Shown here piece by piece: positions 1-30,813 of a stretch of DNA of 64,000 nt. Source of the stretch: the human T2T-CHM13v2.0 reference genome, Homo sapiens; NCBI RefSeq assembly GCF_009914755.1, contig NC_060938.1. The stretch is one strand, 5' to 3'. Position numbers and translations under genes: made by a program. How positions within the stretch are numbered: the stretch's first letter is position 1; each line of letters begins with the position of its first letter. Below the pieces are notes generated by a model. That model was not told the origin of the DNA. It saw nothing but the letters and a program-made list of their open reading frames with translations, and did not search any database.

Positions 1-387
1 TCTCTGTGGATCCAAGGAGGCAGTACGAGTCCACCGAGTCCCTGCAGGCCAAGGTGCGGCGGCTGAAGGAGCACCACTCCAACCTCACCCTCTACCCCAG
101 GAAGCCCTCGGCCACCAGGAAGGGAGACAGTTCTGCTGAAGAACTGAAACTGGCCACCCAGCTGACAGGACCGGTCATGCCCATCCCAAACGTCTGTAAG
201 AAGGAGAAAGCCCAAGTCATCACCGAGGAGAAGAATTTCAAAGCCTTCGCTAGTCTCCACATGGTCCATGCTGACGCCCGGCTCTTTGGCATACCGGCAA
301 AGAGACAAGGAAGCTGAAGAACAGGATGTTGAAGACAAAAAATAAAGCCCTCTTGGGACTTGTAATAAATCAGCAGTTTAAAAAAAA
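1..387 (+). pseudogene. RPL13 (60S ribosomal protein eL13) processed pseudogene, 3' part; 5' end outside window; antisense within CDC42BPB intron 1
   Basis: Translation VDPRR..STESLQA.V.RLKE...[28 protein letters not shown]...[19 protein letters not shown] matches the RPL13 C-terminus. It is intronless and frameshifted near 306 (the remainder [12 protein letters not shown] is in another frame, TAA 343-345). AATAAA at 364-369 and an A-run at 380-387. Confidence 0.95.
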
Positions 388-389
388 TA

Positions 390-1940
<1,551 letters not shown>

Positions 1941-2443
1941 GGAAAAAAATTATCTGGTAATTGTAAATGGCAGAGAAGCCTTTCTTCTTCACTAAAATAA
2001 ACTATTAGCAGTATAATTCAACTTAAATTTCTCTATATTGCTGACAGCTGGTTTCTGTTTAAAACTCCTCCTAACATATTATGTCACAAGGATTATCAAA
2101 ACTTCATAAACACAAATCTTGCTTTTTAAAAAAAATAATTAAATATTTGTAGAAGGAAATATATCCAGGCTTATCATTTTGGTTACATAAAACCATGTCA
2201 ATGTCTGATGTTTTGAGAAATATTTCTTGTTATGACACAGTATAATATCAATGCCATCCCTGACACCTTAATTAACTGGTAAAACTGGAAATAGAGCATT
2301 TCCAGTAACTTCTCAATTCGCTGCTAGTCAGACAGTATTTCCCACATATTTGAATTCAGTTTCATTTTAAAGGTACATCAGAAAGCTGCTCTATTAATAA
2401 ACAAAGACTTTTCAACAATTTGGTTTCAAATACTTCGGGTTAG

Positions 2444-3380
<937 letters not shown>

Positions 3381-3717
3381 TCAATGATTTTGCACTAACA
3401 AGGGTGAAGTACAACACAGCAAGGACCCTGAAGTGCTGTTTTGGGTGCTGTGGCAAGGGAGTTCTAGTCACCTTTGCACCTCGCTACGTTATTTATGTTT
3501 TTAGAGAATGATGAGGGGCAAGAATATTTCTTATTCTGCTCTGGTTTATTTTCAATGGGTGATTTCCTACATACCAAAAGCTCTGGAGGTTAAACACAGC
3601 TCTATGACATTTCCAGAAAGATGAAGTTTCTATAGGCAACTCCTGCGTCACAAAAGCCCAGCTGTGAACAGCCCCACATCACGTGGTCTCCACAGGGACC
3701 CCTGCACCCTCCCAGCC

Positions 3718-3769
3718 CCGAGGAGCAGGCGCTGTCCAGCCACCCGAGGAGCAGGCGCTGTCCAGCCAC
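3718..3769. repeat. Perfect 2 x 26-bp tandem duplication
   Basis: CCGAGGAGCAGGCGCTGTCCAGCCAC at 3718-3743 and again at 3744-3769. Confidence 0.95.
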
Positions 3770-4802
3770 CGTATTTCCACTTTCAACACTTCCTTCAGGT
3801 ACTCCCTGCTTCTTCACATTCTCATAACCCCCTTCTCCTCTCCTCCAATGCTTGTACAGCCACGAGAGAAAAAAGAAAAACCTGCTCTCCTGTCGTCCCA
3901 TTTCCTCCTTCTATTCATGGGGGACTCTTTCAAGTAAGTAAGTGTAAGAATAGAAACAGCAACACATCCAAATCAAAACAAAGAGGAACTACACTCTGAC
4001 TTCGTGCAGAGTTGAGAGCTGGGGCGTCTCGCACACCTGGAAACCACAGCGGCGCATAATCACACTGCCACGAGCCTCAAGGACAACGTGAGCTCCAGGA
4101 GAACAGGAATTTTGTTTTCTTCACTGCTGCAGTGCCTAGCACATCTTAAGTCCTTAAAAAATATTTGCTAAGTGTACGACAAGGGATGACAGCAGACTAG
4201 AAATGTCAACACGATTTTGCAGAGTGGGAAAAAGCAAATGGACGAGTGGTATCTAACTCAGCAAAGCCAGAAAACCAGAACTTAACTGCGCAGCAGGGGC
4301 AACGAGGCTGGGGAATGAGAAGAGGCGCTCAGATCTCTGAAGGCCTGAGGGTAATGGGCACAAAAGAGCATCCGCTTCAAGTCTGTGGGAGAAGCAGTCA
4401 GATCCTCCCCCACCAGCCCTCCTCCACCTCAGCCACCTTCCCAGAAACTGACAGCTATGCCCCCCAACCCCTAAACCCCAAGCAGGAGACTGGAAACTCC
4501 TCTCTAGGGAGACTTACAGCCCCAAAATAAAGAATTCTATCACTAACTTCTGGCAGTGGCCCTCAAATTGGCAGGGTCCATGCTCTATTTCCTCATGGTG
4601 AGACTCAACACTTAAAGTCGGCCCTATGCATACAGGGAGTTTCCAATCGTCCCATTCATAACCATGGAAAGACAGCCAGTAATCACCAGAGTTTCGGAGA
4701 GAAGCCTCTAACAAAGAGAATGACCAAAGTAGAAAACAGGTGAAAAAGAACGCACAGGAAACAGACAAGGTAGGAGGCAAAGGGAAAGAAACATCTACGT
4801 AA

Positions 4803-5550
<748 letters not shown>

Positions 5551-5579
5551 TTAGAACAAACATTAAAACTACAGTATTA

Positions 5580-6330
5580 TCAACAAAAGTTCCCCAGAGC
5601 TGAAGGACCCAAGCGTCCCAATCAAAAAGACCCACCAAAGAACATTAGAGATAAACAAGAGTTCCCTGAAAGCTTCCAGAGATTTTACAAAAGAAAAGTC
5701 CCACACAGAGACTTGGAAACCATCGTGGTCTCCGACTTCTCATTACCAACACTCTCAGTGTAGACAGCAATGCCTCCATGCTTTCAAACTTCTGAGGAAC
5801 AATGACTTCCAACCTAGAATTCTGTACGCAGGCAAAGTGCCATTCAAATGTGAGGGAAGAAAGGGCATTTTCAGCCAGGCATGGTGACTCATGCCTGTAA
5901 TCCTGACACTTGGGGAGGCCGAAGCGGGCAGATTCCCTGAGCTCAGGAGTTCGAGACCAGTCTGGGCAACATGGTGAAACCCTGTCTCTACTAAAATACA
6001 AAAAATTAGCTGGGTGTGGTGGTGTGCACCTGCAGTCCCAGCTACTCGGGAGGCTGAGGCAGGAGAACTGCTTGAACCGGGAGGTGGAGGTTGCAGTGAG
6101 CCAAGATTGCACCACTGCACTCCAGCCTGGGCAACAGAGCAAGACTCTGTGTCCAAAAAAAAAAGCATTTTCAGACAGACCTGGTTCAAAAAATTCACCT
6201 CCGATGAATTCTTTCTCAGGAAGCTACTAGAAGATTCACTCCACCAAAAGATGAAAGACACAGAATCCAGAAAGGGGAATTCAACAGAGGAAAGAGACAC
6301 GAAGAATCCCTGCAAGGAATGAAAAGCACT
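5580..6330 (+). mobile_element. Ancient L1/HAL1 ORF1-like remnant interrupted by an Alu (5874-6164)
   Basis: aatgacttccaacctagaattctgtacgcaggcaaagtgccattcaaatgtgaggga resembles the L1 ORF1 C-terminal FQPRILYPAKL motif. The Alu is flanked by a gcattttca duplication. Confidence 0.6.
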
Positions 6331-6511
6331 CCAAGGAGGACTGCTCAGTAGCAGGCCCGCAGGACACCCGGCCCAGGCTGAAACAGAAAAGTGGCAGGCC
6401 TGGAAGGGATGAAGGTGATAAGATTATGTGAGGTGTTTAATGGAGGAGTTCTAGTTAAAAGCCTGGCACTAAATTCATGACTGTACATTGAAAACCAAGC
6501 TAAAGAAAATT

Positions 6512-7249
<738 letters not shown>

Positions 7250-7964
7250 TTACCTAACAATAAGAATGCAGACACTGAATTACCAATTTAAACAAAATTA
7301 TATAAACATATTTGGAACACAGAAAAAGAGCAAGGGGTGAATGTGTTTCAGGCAGTGGAGGGACAATGTAGAACAGTTCTAAGGCCTCTTCTACAGCAGA
7401 AGTCAGCAATGTCTAAAATGGTAAAATCAGAAATTAGCAGTACCAGCATGCTACACAGAAATATGAAATTTAAGGCAGGCATTGCTAAGCACCCACCAAT
7501 ATCCAAGGATCTTCTATAGTAACATCCCACCCCCGGCCTGCTTGGCTGAAGGAGGGTGGGATGGCCACCGTCTCAGATGGTGGCCTGAGGGTGGGAAAAG
7601 GCCACAGCCCCGGAGGCCTCTTGGAGCAAGGCTGTCCAACTAGCACTGACTGCTGACACGTCAACTTCACGTGAGAGAAATCAACCTGATTTTATTTAAG
7701 TCACTGTCACTTTGTTCTCCATTACTGGCAGCTAAATGTGATCCTAACTAAAATGATAAGTAGAAACAGAGCAGTTAAAAGTGGTAGTCTGTGGGAAGTT
7801 GGAGCGCGGAGCAAGCGACTGGTAGAGGGACTGCTGTCTTGCACTACAACCCAGTAGTACCGCTTAGTTTCCAAAACTAAGTAAATGCATTACATTGATA
7901 AAAGTTAAATGATGTTAAAAGAAAATCACCCCATGGGGCATGGTGGGAAGTGCTGTTAACCTTA

Positions 7965-13711
<5,747 letters not shown>

Positions 13712-14799
13712 TTAACATGCACCAAAGACCTCACTTTCAAAGCAACGGTGAAGTCAATTAATTATTCAGTTGGAAATCGTGTCACTGACAAAGGACGCTA
13801 GAAAGCAAATACTCTTAATTTACTGATACTATAAGTAACCAAGAATGGTGGTTCCCACGGAAATAAAGCATCACAGGCTGTCCTTGATCTCAGGACCTCT
13901 TTCTACTGCTGCTCTCACAAGATACCGTGTAACATTTCACTACAGAGTAATCCAACAGAAGCCCTCTAAAGAATATTGCAACTTAAGTTTTATTTGTAAA
14001 CAAAATTCCAAATTCCAGTCACCAATCTGGCAGAGTAGAGTAGGAGGCCTGGAGGCCTCACTGTGGAACACTTTCATTTGTTTCTTCGTATAAATATCAG
14101 CTTTATCAGCCCCAAAGATTAGAAATTACTGGTTCGAACTGAACAGTCCTAGCCCAGTGACGCAAATGACCCAAGGATAAGGTTTTCATAGGTTTGGCCT
14201 GAACATACGCATTTCCTCCTCCTACTCAGTGGTTTTAGGTGAGACAGTCTGAGGGTCTTGACCGGCACACCCGTTAGGGAGAGATGAAGTAAAAGAGTTT
14301 CACGCTGCACTTTTACCTGTCTTTAGGATCCTAATTATCGTTAAATGGTTTAATCAAATTTTTGTCCTAAAAAAGCATAATAGGTTAGCTGACCAATGAT
14401 TAAAACATTATAGATCCGGAACGAACTAGAGAAGGCATGCAAAATTCAGATGAGAAAGTTTCTAAGTGATAGCTCCAGCTACCCCTCCAAATATCACAAA
14501 GGTCTAGCAGAATTGGAATTAAAAAAAAAAAGTCCTCTTGCACGGTTTATTTAAAATAAAGCCTTAACCTTAAAATTCCCTTGAAGGTGTTACAGCAAAG
14601 TAGGTATTCAGGCTCTGACCAACAAGGGGATGTAGACAGGCTGTCACCCAGGAGGGGCCGTTAGAGCTGGGCTCCCTGGGGATGCAAGGGGGTCCCACGG
14701 GGCAGTGGGCGAGGCAGATGCAGAAAGCACACCCAGCTGCCCCCACAACGCAGAGAAGCGTGGGGTGGGGAAAGGGAACTAATTCCACACTGCCTCCGG

Positions 14800-16500
<1,701 letters not shown>

Positions 16501-16953
16501 CCCCAGTGCCCGGTGGATTCGTGATGGCTTGCAGAGGGTTTCAGTTTCCACTGTCCAGCCCTCCCTGCAGACCAATGCCTAGGTGTGACAGTTTGGTAGG
16601 AAAGGGGCCGGATATTTGTCTCCAGGCTGGGTTTGCCTAGCGAGTCGCTGCATTTACTAAGATTGTTGGTTAATTTGGGTGGCTGGGGGAGGGAGGCTGA
16701 TGGAGATACCCCCCAACCCCAACAAACCCTTGGCGTCAGGAGAGGAGGGGCTTTTCCTGGAGCTTGCGGAAGGTCACCGAAATCGTGGGGGTATCTGAGA
16801 GCTTCTGGGGCGCGCGGGTGCAGGGGAAGGGGTCATGCTTCCGTGGAAGCGGTGGCCTCCAGGTGGAGCCGATGAAGGGGCAGATAGGGGTTTGAAGCAG
16901 GACGTTAAGGGAGCCTGAAGCAAAACTAATCTCTGGAGCTAAAAATAGGAGTG

Positions 16954-17275
16954 GGCCTGGCGCGGTGGCTCACACCTGTAATCCCAGCACTTTAGGAGGC
17001 CGAGGTGGGCGGATTGCCTGAGCTCAGGACTTCGAGACCAGCCTGGGCAACACGGTGAAACCCCGTCTCTACTAAAATACAAAAAACTAGCCGGGCGTGG
17101 TGGCGCGCGCCTGTAGTCCCAGCTACTCGAGAGGCTAAGGCAGGAGAATTACTTGAACCCGGGAGGCGAAAGTGCAGTGAGCCAAGATCGCTCCACTGCA
17201 CTCCAGCATGGGCAACAGAGCACGACTCCGTCTTAATAATAGTAATAATAAGAAGAAGAAGAAGAAGAAGAAGAG
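16954..17275 (+). mobile_element. Alu whose tail has decayed into (TAA)n(AAG)n microsatellite
   Basis: Alu consensus followed by taataatagtaataataagaagaagaag... Confidence 0.9.
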
Positions 17276-17289
17276 GAGTGGCTGCCTAT

Positions 17290-17700
17290 GCCGGAGTTGT
17301 TGACTGGAACAAGAGGAGGAACCTTCTGGGCTGCTGGTAATGTTCTATGCCTGGATTTGGGTAGTAGTTACATGGGAGCACGCATAAGTAAACATTCTTC
17401 AAACTGTCTTCTTAAGATGAGTGCATGTCACTGTGTGTATGTATATATAATACCTTCATTTCTTAAAGGCAGGTGAGAACAATCTGGCGTTAGAGGTGAG
17501 AGTACTGGTTGCCTTTGGGGTATCAACTGGAAGGAGGCACAAGGAGAGGCCTCTAGGGGGCTGGGAACATTCTGTATCTTCAGCACAGCCGTTTTGTAAC
17601 GTTGGGTCTGTAAATGTGTATAAATTCATCAAACTGTATTCTAAATATTTGCATGTTACTATTTGTGTATGACACCTTAAAAGTTTTTTTTAAAAAGTCT
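17290..17700 (+). mobile_element. Old L1M 3'UTR fragments
   Basis: ttctgggctgctggtaatgttctat...ggtagtagttacatgg...aaacattcttcaaactgt resembles the L1MC/L1ME terminus, with two successive pieces. Confidence 0.6.
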
Positions 17701-18769
17701 GAGCAGATCACCTGGCTCAAAATCAAAGTTAAATCTTCCCCCTTGGACCCCTTAGGGCCTGAGATGAGCAAGGGGAAAGGGGGCTGTGCCTGGTGCCATC
17801 TCCTTCCCCAAACCTCCCTCGGCTCGCTCAGCCCACTTCCACCCATCTAGAACCACCACCGGGAAGGGAGAAAGGGAGAAGTGGGGAAGGGCTCCAATCC
17901 CATCTGGATTGGCAGAGGGTAAAGCTGACCCTGTCTCTCCTGGGAACATTCATGGGCTCCTCGGTGGTTCCCTGCTGCTTTGTCTCCTGAAGTCCCCTTA
18001 ACTCAAGCAGATGTGCCACTGGGTGGATGCTTACCTGGTGGCTGTGGAGGGGAGGGGCCCTCTGCCCTTCCTGAGGGACTTTTGGACAGGACCTAAATGG
18101 ATCCATGGGTCTTGTGCTTGCTCATCCACCCAGCTCACATCTGTCCTCAGGAAACACTGGCACACTCCTCGCCCCAACATTAGTGAACAGGTGGGTCCCA
18201 GCACAGCAGCATAGCTCTGCCTCTGAAACAGCACATGAGCCCTTCCTGCCACTGTGCCCTCCAAATTGAGTGCCAAATATTGAGCTCTCTGAGAAATCCC
18301 TTGGAAGCCACCCTCACAGGCTTAAAGTGAAGGAAGGAGTGCCTGTCCTCTGTGTCCCCTGGCAGGATCACCTGACCAAACTTTCTCTTCCACTCTCATC
18401 TTTTATTCCTGAGTGTGGGACAGATTCCCAAACATTTCTCTTGACAATCTGCCCATGGCGATCTGACATAGCATTTGAGAATTCCACATCTGCTCTCTCT
18501 TCTTGCCTCCTGGAAATTTCCATTTACTGTTCTTATACATTTACAAATGTACAACAAAGGTCATCGTGCCTTTGGTGGACAGTCCTTGTATTCGTCTGCC
18601 CTCGCTTTCTCTCTCTCCTGAGCCCCATGCCCTGTGAGTCTGTGCTCCAGCTCCACTCTGATCATAGGATTCTAGAGGGGCTGGCACCAGGGTGGACATG
18701 TGACCCAAGACCCTAGCAGCACTTCATCCCCCTTCAGTCATGTGACTGAAGCCAGGCCAATCAGAGAAC

Positions 18770-19763
<994 letters not shown>

Positions 19764-19768
19764 TTAGA

Positions 19769-19981
19769 CCAGGGGCGGGTAAACTTTTTCTGTAAAAGGC
19801 CAGAGAGTAAATGTTTCAGGTTTTATGAACCCTACAGTCTCTGCATCTACCATTATAGCAAGAAAGCAGCCATAGACAATGTAGAAACAAATGAGCATGA
19901 CTGTGTGCCGGTAAAACTTTATTTACAAAACAAGCAGCAGGCTAAATTTGGCCTGCAGACCCGTAGCTTGCTGCTCCTTGC
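19769..19981 (+). mobile_element. MER58A-like non-autonomous hAT/Charlie DNA transposon
   Basis: caggggcgggtaaactttttctgtaaaaggccagagagtaaat...catagacaat...gactgtgtgccggtaaaactttatttacaaaa...atttggcctgcag matches the recalled MER58A consensus. Confidence 0.8.
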
Positions 19982-20419
19982 TTTACAACACAAGCTATGA
20001 TGGTGAGACTTCAGCTCAACAGCCACAACACCTGTTAGAGAAAGAAAGAGAAAAATGAGAGAGAGATCTGGTTACATGAAACAATAAATTTTCCTTTTCT
20101 CTTGGCCAGGTGTAGTGGCTCATGCCTGTTAATCTCAGCATTTTGGGAGGCCAAGGCGGGCAGATTGCTTGAGCTCAGGAGTTCAAGACCAGCCCAGGCA
20201 ACGTGGCAAAACCCCGTCTCTACAAAAAATGCAAAAATTGGCCAGGTGTGGTGGCGTGTGCCTATGGTCCCAGCTACTTGGGAGGCTGAGGTGGAAGCAT
20301 CACTTGAGCCCAGGAGGCAGAGGTTGTAGTGAGCCAAGATCACACCACTGCATTCCAGCCTGGGTGACAGAGCAAGCAAGACTCTGCCTCAAAAAGAAAA
20401 AGCAAATTAATTTCTGCTT

Positions 20420-22750
<2,331 letters not shown>

Positions 22751-22824
22751 AACCACATCTTTATTTATTTATTTATTATTTTATTTATTTATTTTTTTGA
22801 GATGGAGTCTCACTCTGTCGCAAA

Positions 22825-22831
22825 ACACACA

Positions 22832-22864
<33 letters not shown>
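22825..22864. repeat. (CA)n microsatellite abutting a truncated Alu 3' fragment (22760-22820)
   Basis: acacacacgtacacacacac... seen directly. Confidence 0.9.
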
Positions 22865-22868
<4 letters not shown>

Positions 22869-22984
22869 CAGCATTCCATTGTAAGATGAGAGTAGGCCCA
22901 AACATTTCTGGGAGGAACAAGTAAACTTCCTGAGTAGGTGCCTTAGACTCTAATAGTATTTGCTCCTACTGTTTTGCAACATTT

Positions 22985-23622
<638 letters not shown>

Positions 23623-23639
23623 TAACCTGCAACTACACC

Positions 23640-25010
23640 CTAATGGAAAATACTTTGTTGTGATCAGTCAACAGAAAATGAAAAAGTGGGTCTGGCCCAC
23701 AAATTTTTCTGCCTGGAGTGCTAGCTCCCGTCAGAGGTAGACAACTAGTGCTTTACAGACAAAGGAGAGGCCCAGAAAGCCAGCATTGAAGAAAAATCCT
23801 TGCAGAAGGCAAAACTTGTACATTGATTCACAGGCTATAGCTAATGGGTTGGCTGGACAATTAGACACTTGAATAAAATTCTCCAGGTGGCCTAGGGGAC
23901 AGGCAAGGGGATGGACTTCTCAGAATGGGCACAGAGTACCCATGGGAATGAATGCTTATTCATTCATGGGCACTTACTGGGGAGGAGGCTCTCAGTACCC
24001 AGGTGGACAAGACAGCCTCTTCTGAGGACATCCATTGGCCTCCTCCCTCCCCTTCCCAATGCTGCTCAAACAGCCCGTGGGCAGCTGACTGAGGCAGCAG
24101 AGATGAAGGCTATGTAGGGACTCAGAAGCATGACCTTTCCTCACGAGGCTGATTTGGTATCCATTTGGCTGAGTGATTTGGTATCCATATGGCTGAGTGC
24201 CCAACCCTCACAGCAGGGACCCACCCTAAGCTCCTAATGTGGTGCCATTCCCACAAGGTGCAGTTGCCCGGTGGCCAGCTTGATGACATTGGACCCCTTC
24301 TGTCATGGAAAGGGCAGTGATTTATCCTCACGTGTTTTATGTAAGGACTTGTTTTTCCAGCCACATCACTTCTCTCAGCACTACCATTTGTGGACTCGGA
24401 CAACGCTTTATTTATCCCTCATCATGGCAACACAAACACCATCACTTTGGACTGAGGGACTCATTTCGTGTTGAAGGAAGTGTGGCGGAGAGCTCATGGC
24501 CATGAAATTCCCTGAATTTACCATGCTCCCCATTACCCAGAAGCAGCTGGTTTGGGAGAATGGAGGAATCATCTGCAGAAGACTCCGTTAAGGTGCCGGA
24601 TGAGAGCCAATAGCCTATGAGGTTAAGCTGCCATCCTACAGGGTGTGGTGCATGCCTCAACCCAGCAAATGGTATGCGGTGCCATCCCCCGACACCTCAA
24701 ATGCATGGGTCCAGGAACTGAGCAGTGGAGGCAGGAGGGGCCCTTCCCATTATTACACCAAATAACATACTGGAGGAATTTTGCCTTCCTTCCTGTGTGT
24801 GACCTTGGGCCAGTGTCCAGGAAAATGTTTCCATCAGGAAACACAGTCATGGTTTCGATGGATTACGGTGGAACTGCCCCTCCCCCAACTGGCAATTTCC
24901 GGTTCCTTGTGCCGCTGAACCAACAGGCAGAGAAGGGATCACTGTGCTGGCTGGGATGACAATCCCCATCCTCAGAGGGAGTTTGCATTGAATTGATTCT
25001 CACACCGAGG
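23640..25010 (+). mobile_element. Class III (ERVL-type) endogenous retrovirus internal remnant: degenerate RNaseH/integrase/dUTPase region
   Basis: Degenerate ERVL pol motifs: gctatagctaatgggttggctgga (A.ANGLAG), cattacccagaagcagctggtttg..gaa..tggaggaat (HPEAAGL.ERWN-like), and LVPLNQQAEKG near 24906. No intact ORF. Confidence 0.7.
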
Positions 25011-25028
25011 GAAGGCACGACTTAACCA

Positions 25029-25668
<640 letters not shown>

Positions 25669-26145
25669 AATTTTTTTTTTTTTTTTTTGATACAGGTCTT
25701 GCTCTGCCGCCCAGGCTGGAGTACAGTGGCACAATCTTGGCTCACTGCATCCCTGACCTTCCGCACTCAAGTGATCCTCCCACCTTGGCACCAACACCCC
25801 ACCCCCTGCCCCTTCTCACGTAGCTGGGACTACTGGTATACACCACCATACTTGGCTTTTTTTTTTTTTTTTTTGCATTTTTTTGCAGAGTTAGAGTTTC
25901 ATCATTTTGCCCAGGCTGGTCCCAAACTCCCAGGCTCAAGTGATCTGCCTGCCTTGGTCTCCCAAAGTGCTGGGATTACAGGCATGAGCCACCACACCCA
26001 GCTGTGACTGTACTTCTTGCTCAATGTTTTTTATTATCAGGAAAAGGGAAGGGAGCTCATTAAAGACAAGTCATAAAGGAATCAGATTCTGAAGGAACAA
26101 AAGTTTGGGTTATCTCACTAAGGCTGTAAAAAAACAAAAAGGGCT

Positions 26146-27985
<1,840 letters not shown>

Positions 27986-30409
27986 AGCTAAGTGTCCATT
28001 GATAGATAAACAGGTAAAGAAATTACGGTGCATCTATCACATGGAACCCATGTAGCACTAGAGACGTAAGGCAGGGTCACTTGTTCCAGCAACCCAGAGT
28101 GGCTGCCACCCACGGCGTGCACGGTTCTGGGTGCTGAGGACTCCAGGGTGTCCCTTCTGGTCTAGGGGCGACAGGCTGTACACCAGGACACAGGGGAGTA
28201 AAAGAGAGAATCTGGGAGAGGGATGAGGGTTGCGAGGACAGCGGATGGGGCAACTGGTGTGTGAGGGGTGCCTGCCTTACAGATGGGGGACGCCAGGAAG
28301 CCTCTATCCAGCGGCGACCTTTTAGGGAGATGCAAACAGCCAGGAGGAGTCAGCCCTGTGCGGCCTTCCAGGCACAGCAAAGCTCAGGACACAGATGGGA
28401 GCAGAAGGTGGCTGCCCTGGGATGCTGGGGAGGTGCGCAGGGCCAGTCCCGCAGGCCTGGACGAGCACGGCTGGGCCTCACAGGTGGGAGTCTCTGCAGC
28501 TCCCCCTTCCCTGCCCGGCATGGAGGAGTCCCCAGGCCTGCGGCCATGTGACCCTGCCATTGGTTCCTAGGGTTTCCTGCTGCCTGACTCTGCGGCACTT
28601 CTGAAGGGTGTCTCTCCTCCTCATTCTCAACATCCATGCTGACCACATTGAAGGTCAAGGGCGTGGGCCAATACCCTGCCAGGGCCAGGTACAAAGAGAG
28701 TGCCCACAGAAATGTCTGTGAGATGGAAGGAGGCAGAGAGCCAGTGATGAGGGAGGCAGGAGGGGATGCAAGGGGCCATAAGTGCTGCGGGAGGTGGGGG
28801 GCCATCTGGAAGGTGGCTGGGTGCATCAGGTGGTGGGGTAGGGGGGGCGACAGCCTCTCTCCTCCTCTTTGTTCTGCTCTGCAGTGGTGGTGGTGGGCCA
28901 GGGAGTCAGGGGAGCCATTATCTTGGAGGCCCAAGTAGCCAGGGACAAATGCATAGTCTCAGAGAGCCAGGAGGCCGGTCCTGGAGACCCCACCAGGGCC
29001 CAGGAGAGGGGAGCCAGGCTGGAGACAGCCTCGGAGCAAAGCTGGACTGTGGGCCAGTGGCCCTGCATGCAGGCTTAAAACTTTCCTGTCAACCAGGGTC
29101 CCAGTAGGAAAGAGCTGGCACCCTCAAATTAGGGTAAGTCTAGGTGGGTCTATTTGGAAAGAGCCCAATGAGGGGGACCACCAGGGCTGGTGCAGGAAGG
29201 AGCTGGCAGCAGCACGGCTGTCACCACCCATGTACCACGTCTTCCAATGTCCCCAGGGCCACTGCCACCTCTCTCCTGGCTGTGTGTCTGGGAGGCCACC
29301 TGTGTGGGCGCCATCGGCCTGGGTCGTCTGGTTTGCACTTGGTGTCAGCTCCTGCAAGTCCTGATGGAGGCCGGGAGGGAGGGAGGAGACAGTAGAGGGT
29401 GTCGGTCTCCTGGCTCCTTCCCTGCTGCATGGCGCCGGGCAGTGACCCCGGCCAGAAGTCACTGTCCTGTCCAGACAGCCAAGAGTCAGCGACGCTGTCT
29501 GCTCTGTGTTCCAGTCTCTGCGGCCTTCACTTCTTCCTTCCAGCCGAGGGTGGGGCCAGCCTGTTCTCTCCCAGCCCCAGGGCTGGCGGCGCTGCCCGGC
29601 CTACGCTGTCCTTTCTGAGCCTGCTGCCTGTTGCTTCTAGGCACCCTGGTCTAGCCCTGGCCACAAGCCCTGCCCTCATGATCCCCTCGCAAATGTCCTT
29701 CAGGGCAACGCCCCACTGCAGCCAGGAATGTTCCCTGCATTGAAGAGCAGTGAAGCCAGCAGGGCCCACCTGAGACGCCCTGTGGGTCGGGGAGAGGGCT
29801 CACCCACTGACTCTGTGACCTCCGTGACCTCCAGTGCCTCCCCTGAAAGGGGAGGAGGAGCTGGAGGTCACAAAGTCTCCCGAAAGGGGAAGAGGAGCCT
29901 CTATTGTCATCCTCGTGAGGCTTCACGGAGGTTGCGGGTGCAGCCCGCAGTCACACTGGGGACAGAACGTACAGACAGCCTTCTGTGGTGCTAACAGGCA
30001 GCAGCCGATGACATGACGCAAGGTGAGAGGCTGGAGGCACTGACCAGCGCCGCCTGCGCAACCCGTCTGAGTGCCACTGCGCTCCCCTCCCCAGCGGCCT
30101 CGCCCAGCTTCCCTGGGCCGCCCGAGGCATCTTTCCCGAGGCTGGCGAAGCAGGCTTCTCTCCTGCCCAGAAGCCTGCCTGGGTCCTCACTGCCTTGGGG
30201 ATAAAGCGGGGCTCCTGGGCCTCCATCCAGGCCCTTTGGAGCCTCTGATCTAGGATTTCCCTTCCCAGAGCCCACAGCACGACCTGAGGGAATTACTCAC
30301 GCCCGGGTGGGGCGGGTGTGGAGGCTGGGCCAGGAACTCAAGGAGGGGCAGATGGAGAGGGCCGTTAGGAGGTACTAAGGATTCAGTCATGGCTGCAAAC
30401 ACTGCACAT

Positions 30410-30813
30410 CAAGCCTGTCCAACCTGCCGCGGCCGAACGGGGCTCAGGATGACTTTGGATACAGCCCAACACAAATTCGTAAACTTCCTTTAAAAAAGGC
30501 CGGGCACAGTGGCTCACGCCTGTAATCCCAGCACTTTGGGAGGCTGAGGTGGGCAGATCACCTGAGGTCAGGAGTTTGAGACCATCCTGGCCAACATGGT
30601 GAAACCCCGTCTCTACTAAAAATTCAAAAATTAGCTGGGCGTGGTGGCACACACCTGTAGTTCCCAGCTACTCGGGAGGCTGAGGCAGGAGAATTGCTGG
30701 AACTTGAGAGGCGGAGGTTGCAGTGAGCCGAGGTCACACCTTTGCACTCCAGCCTGGCAACAGAGCGAGACTCTGTCTCAAAAACAAACAAACAAGCAAA
30801 CAAACAAACAAAC
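30410..30813. mobile_element. MER30-like fragment (30410-30495) followed by an Alu (30498-30813, +) with an (AAAC)n tail
   Basis: tgtccaacc...caggatgactttggatacagcccaacacaaattcgtaaacttc, then Alu consensus. Confidence 0.7.

Noticed and set aside
6-317. 103-aa ORF as a functional RPL13
   Set aside because: Frameshift near the C-terminus, a codon deletion, many substitutions in a normally highly conserved protein, and a poly(A) remnant all indicate a processed pseudogene.
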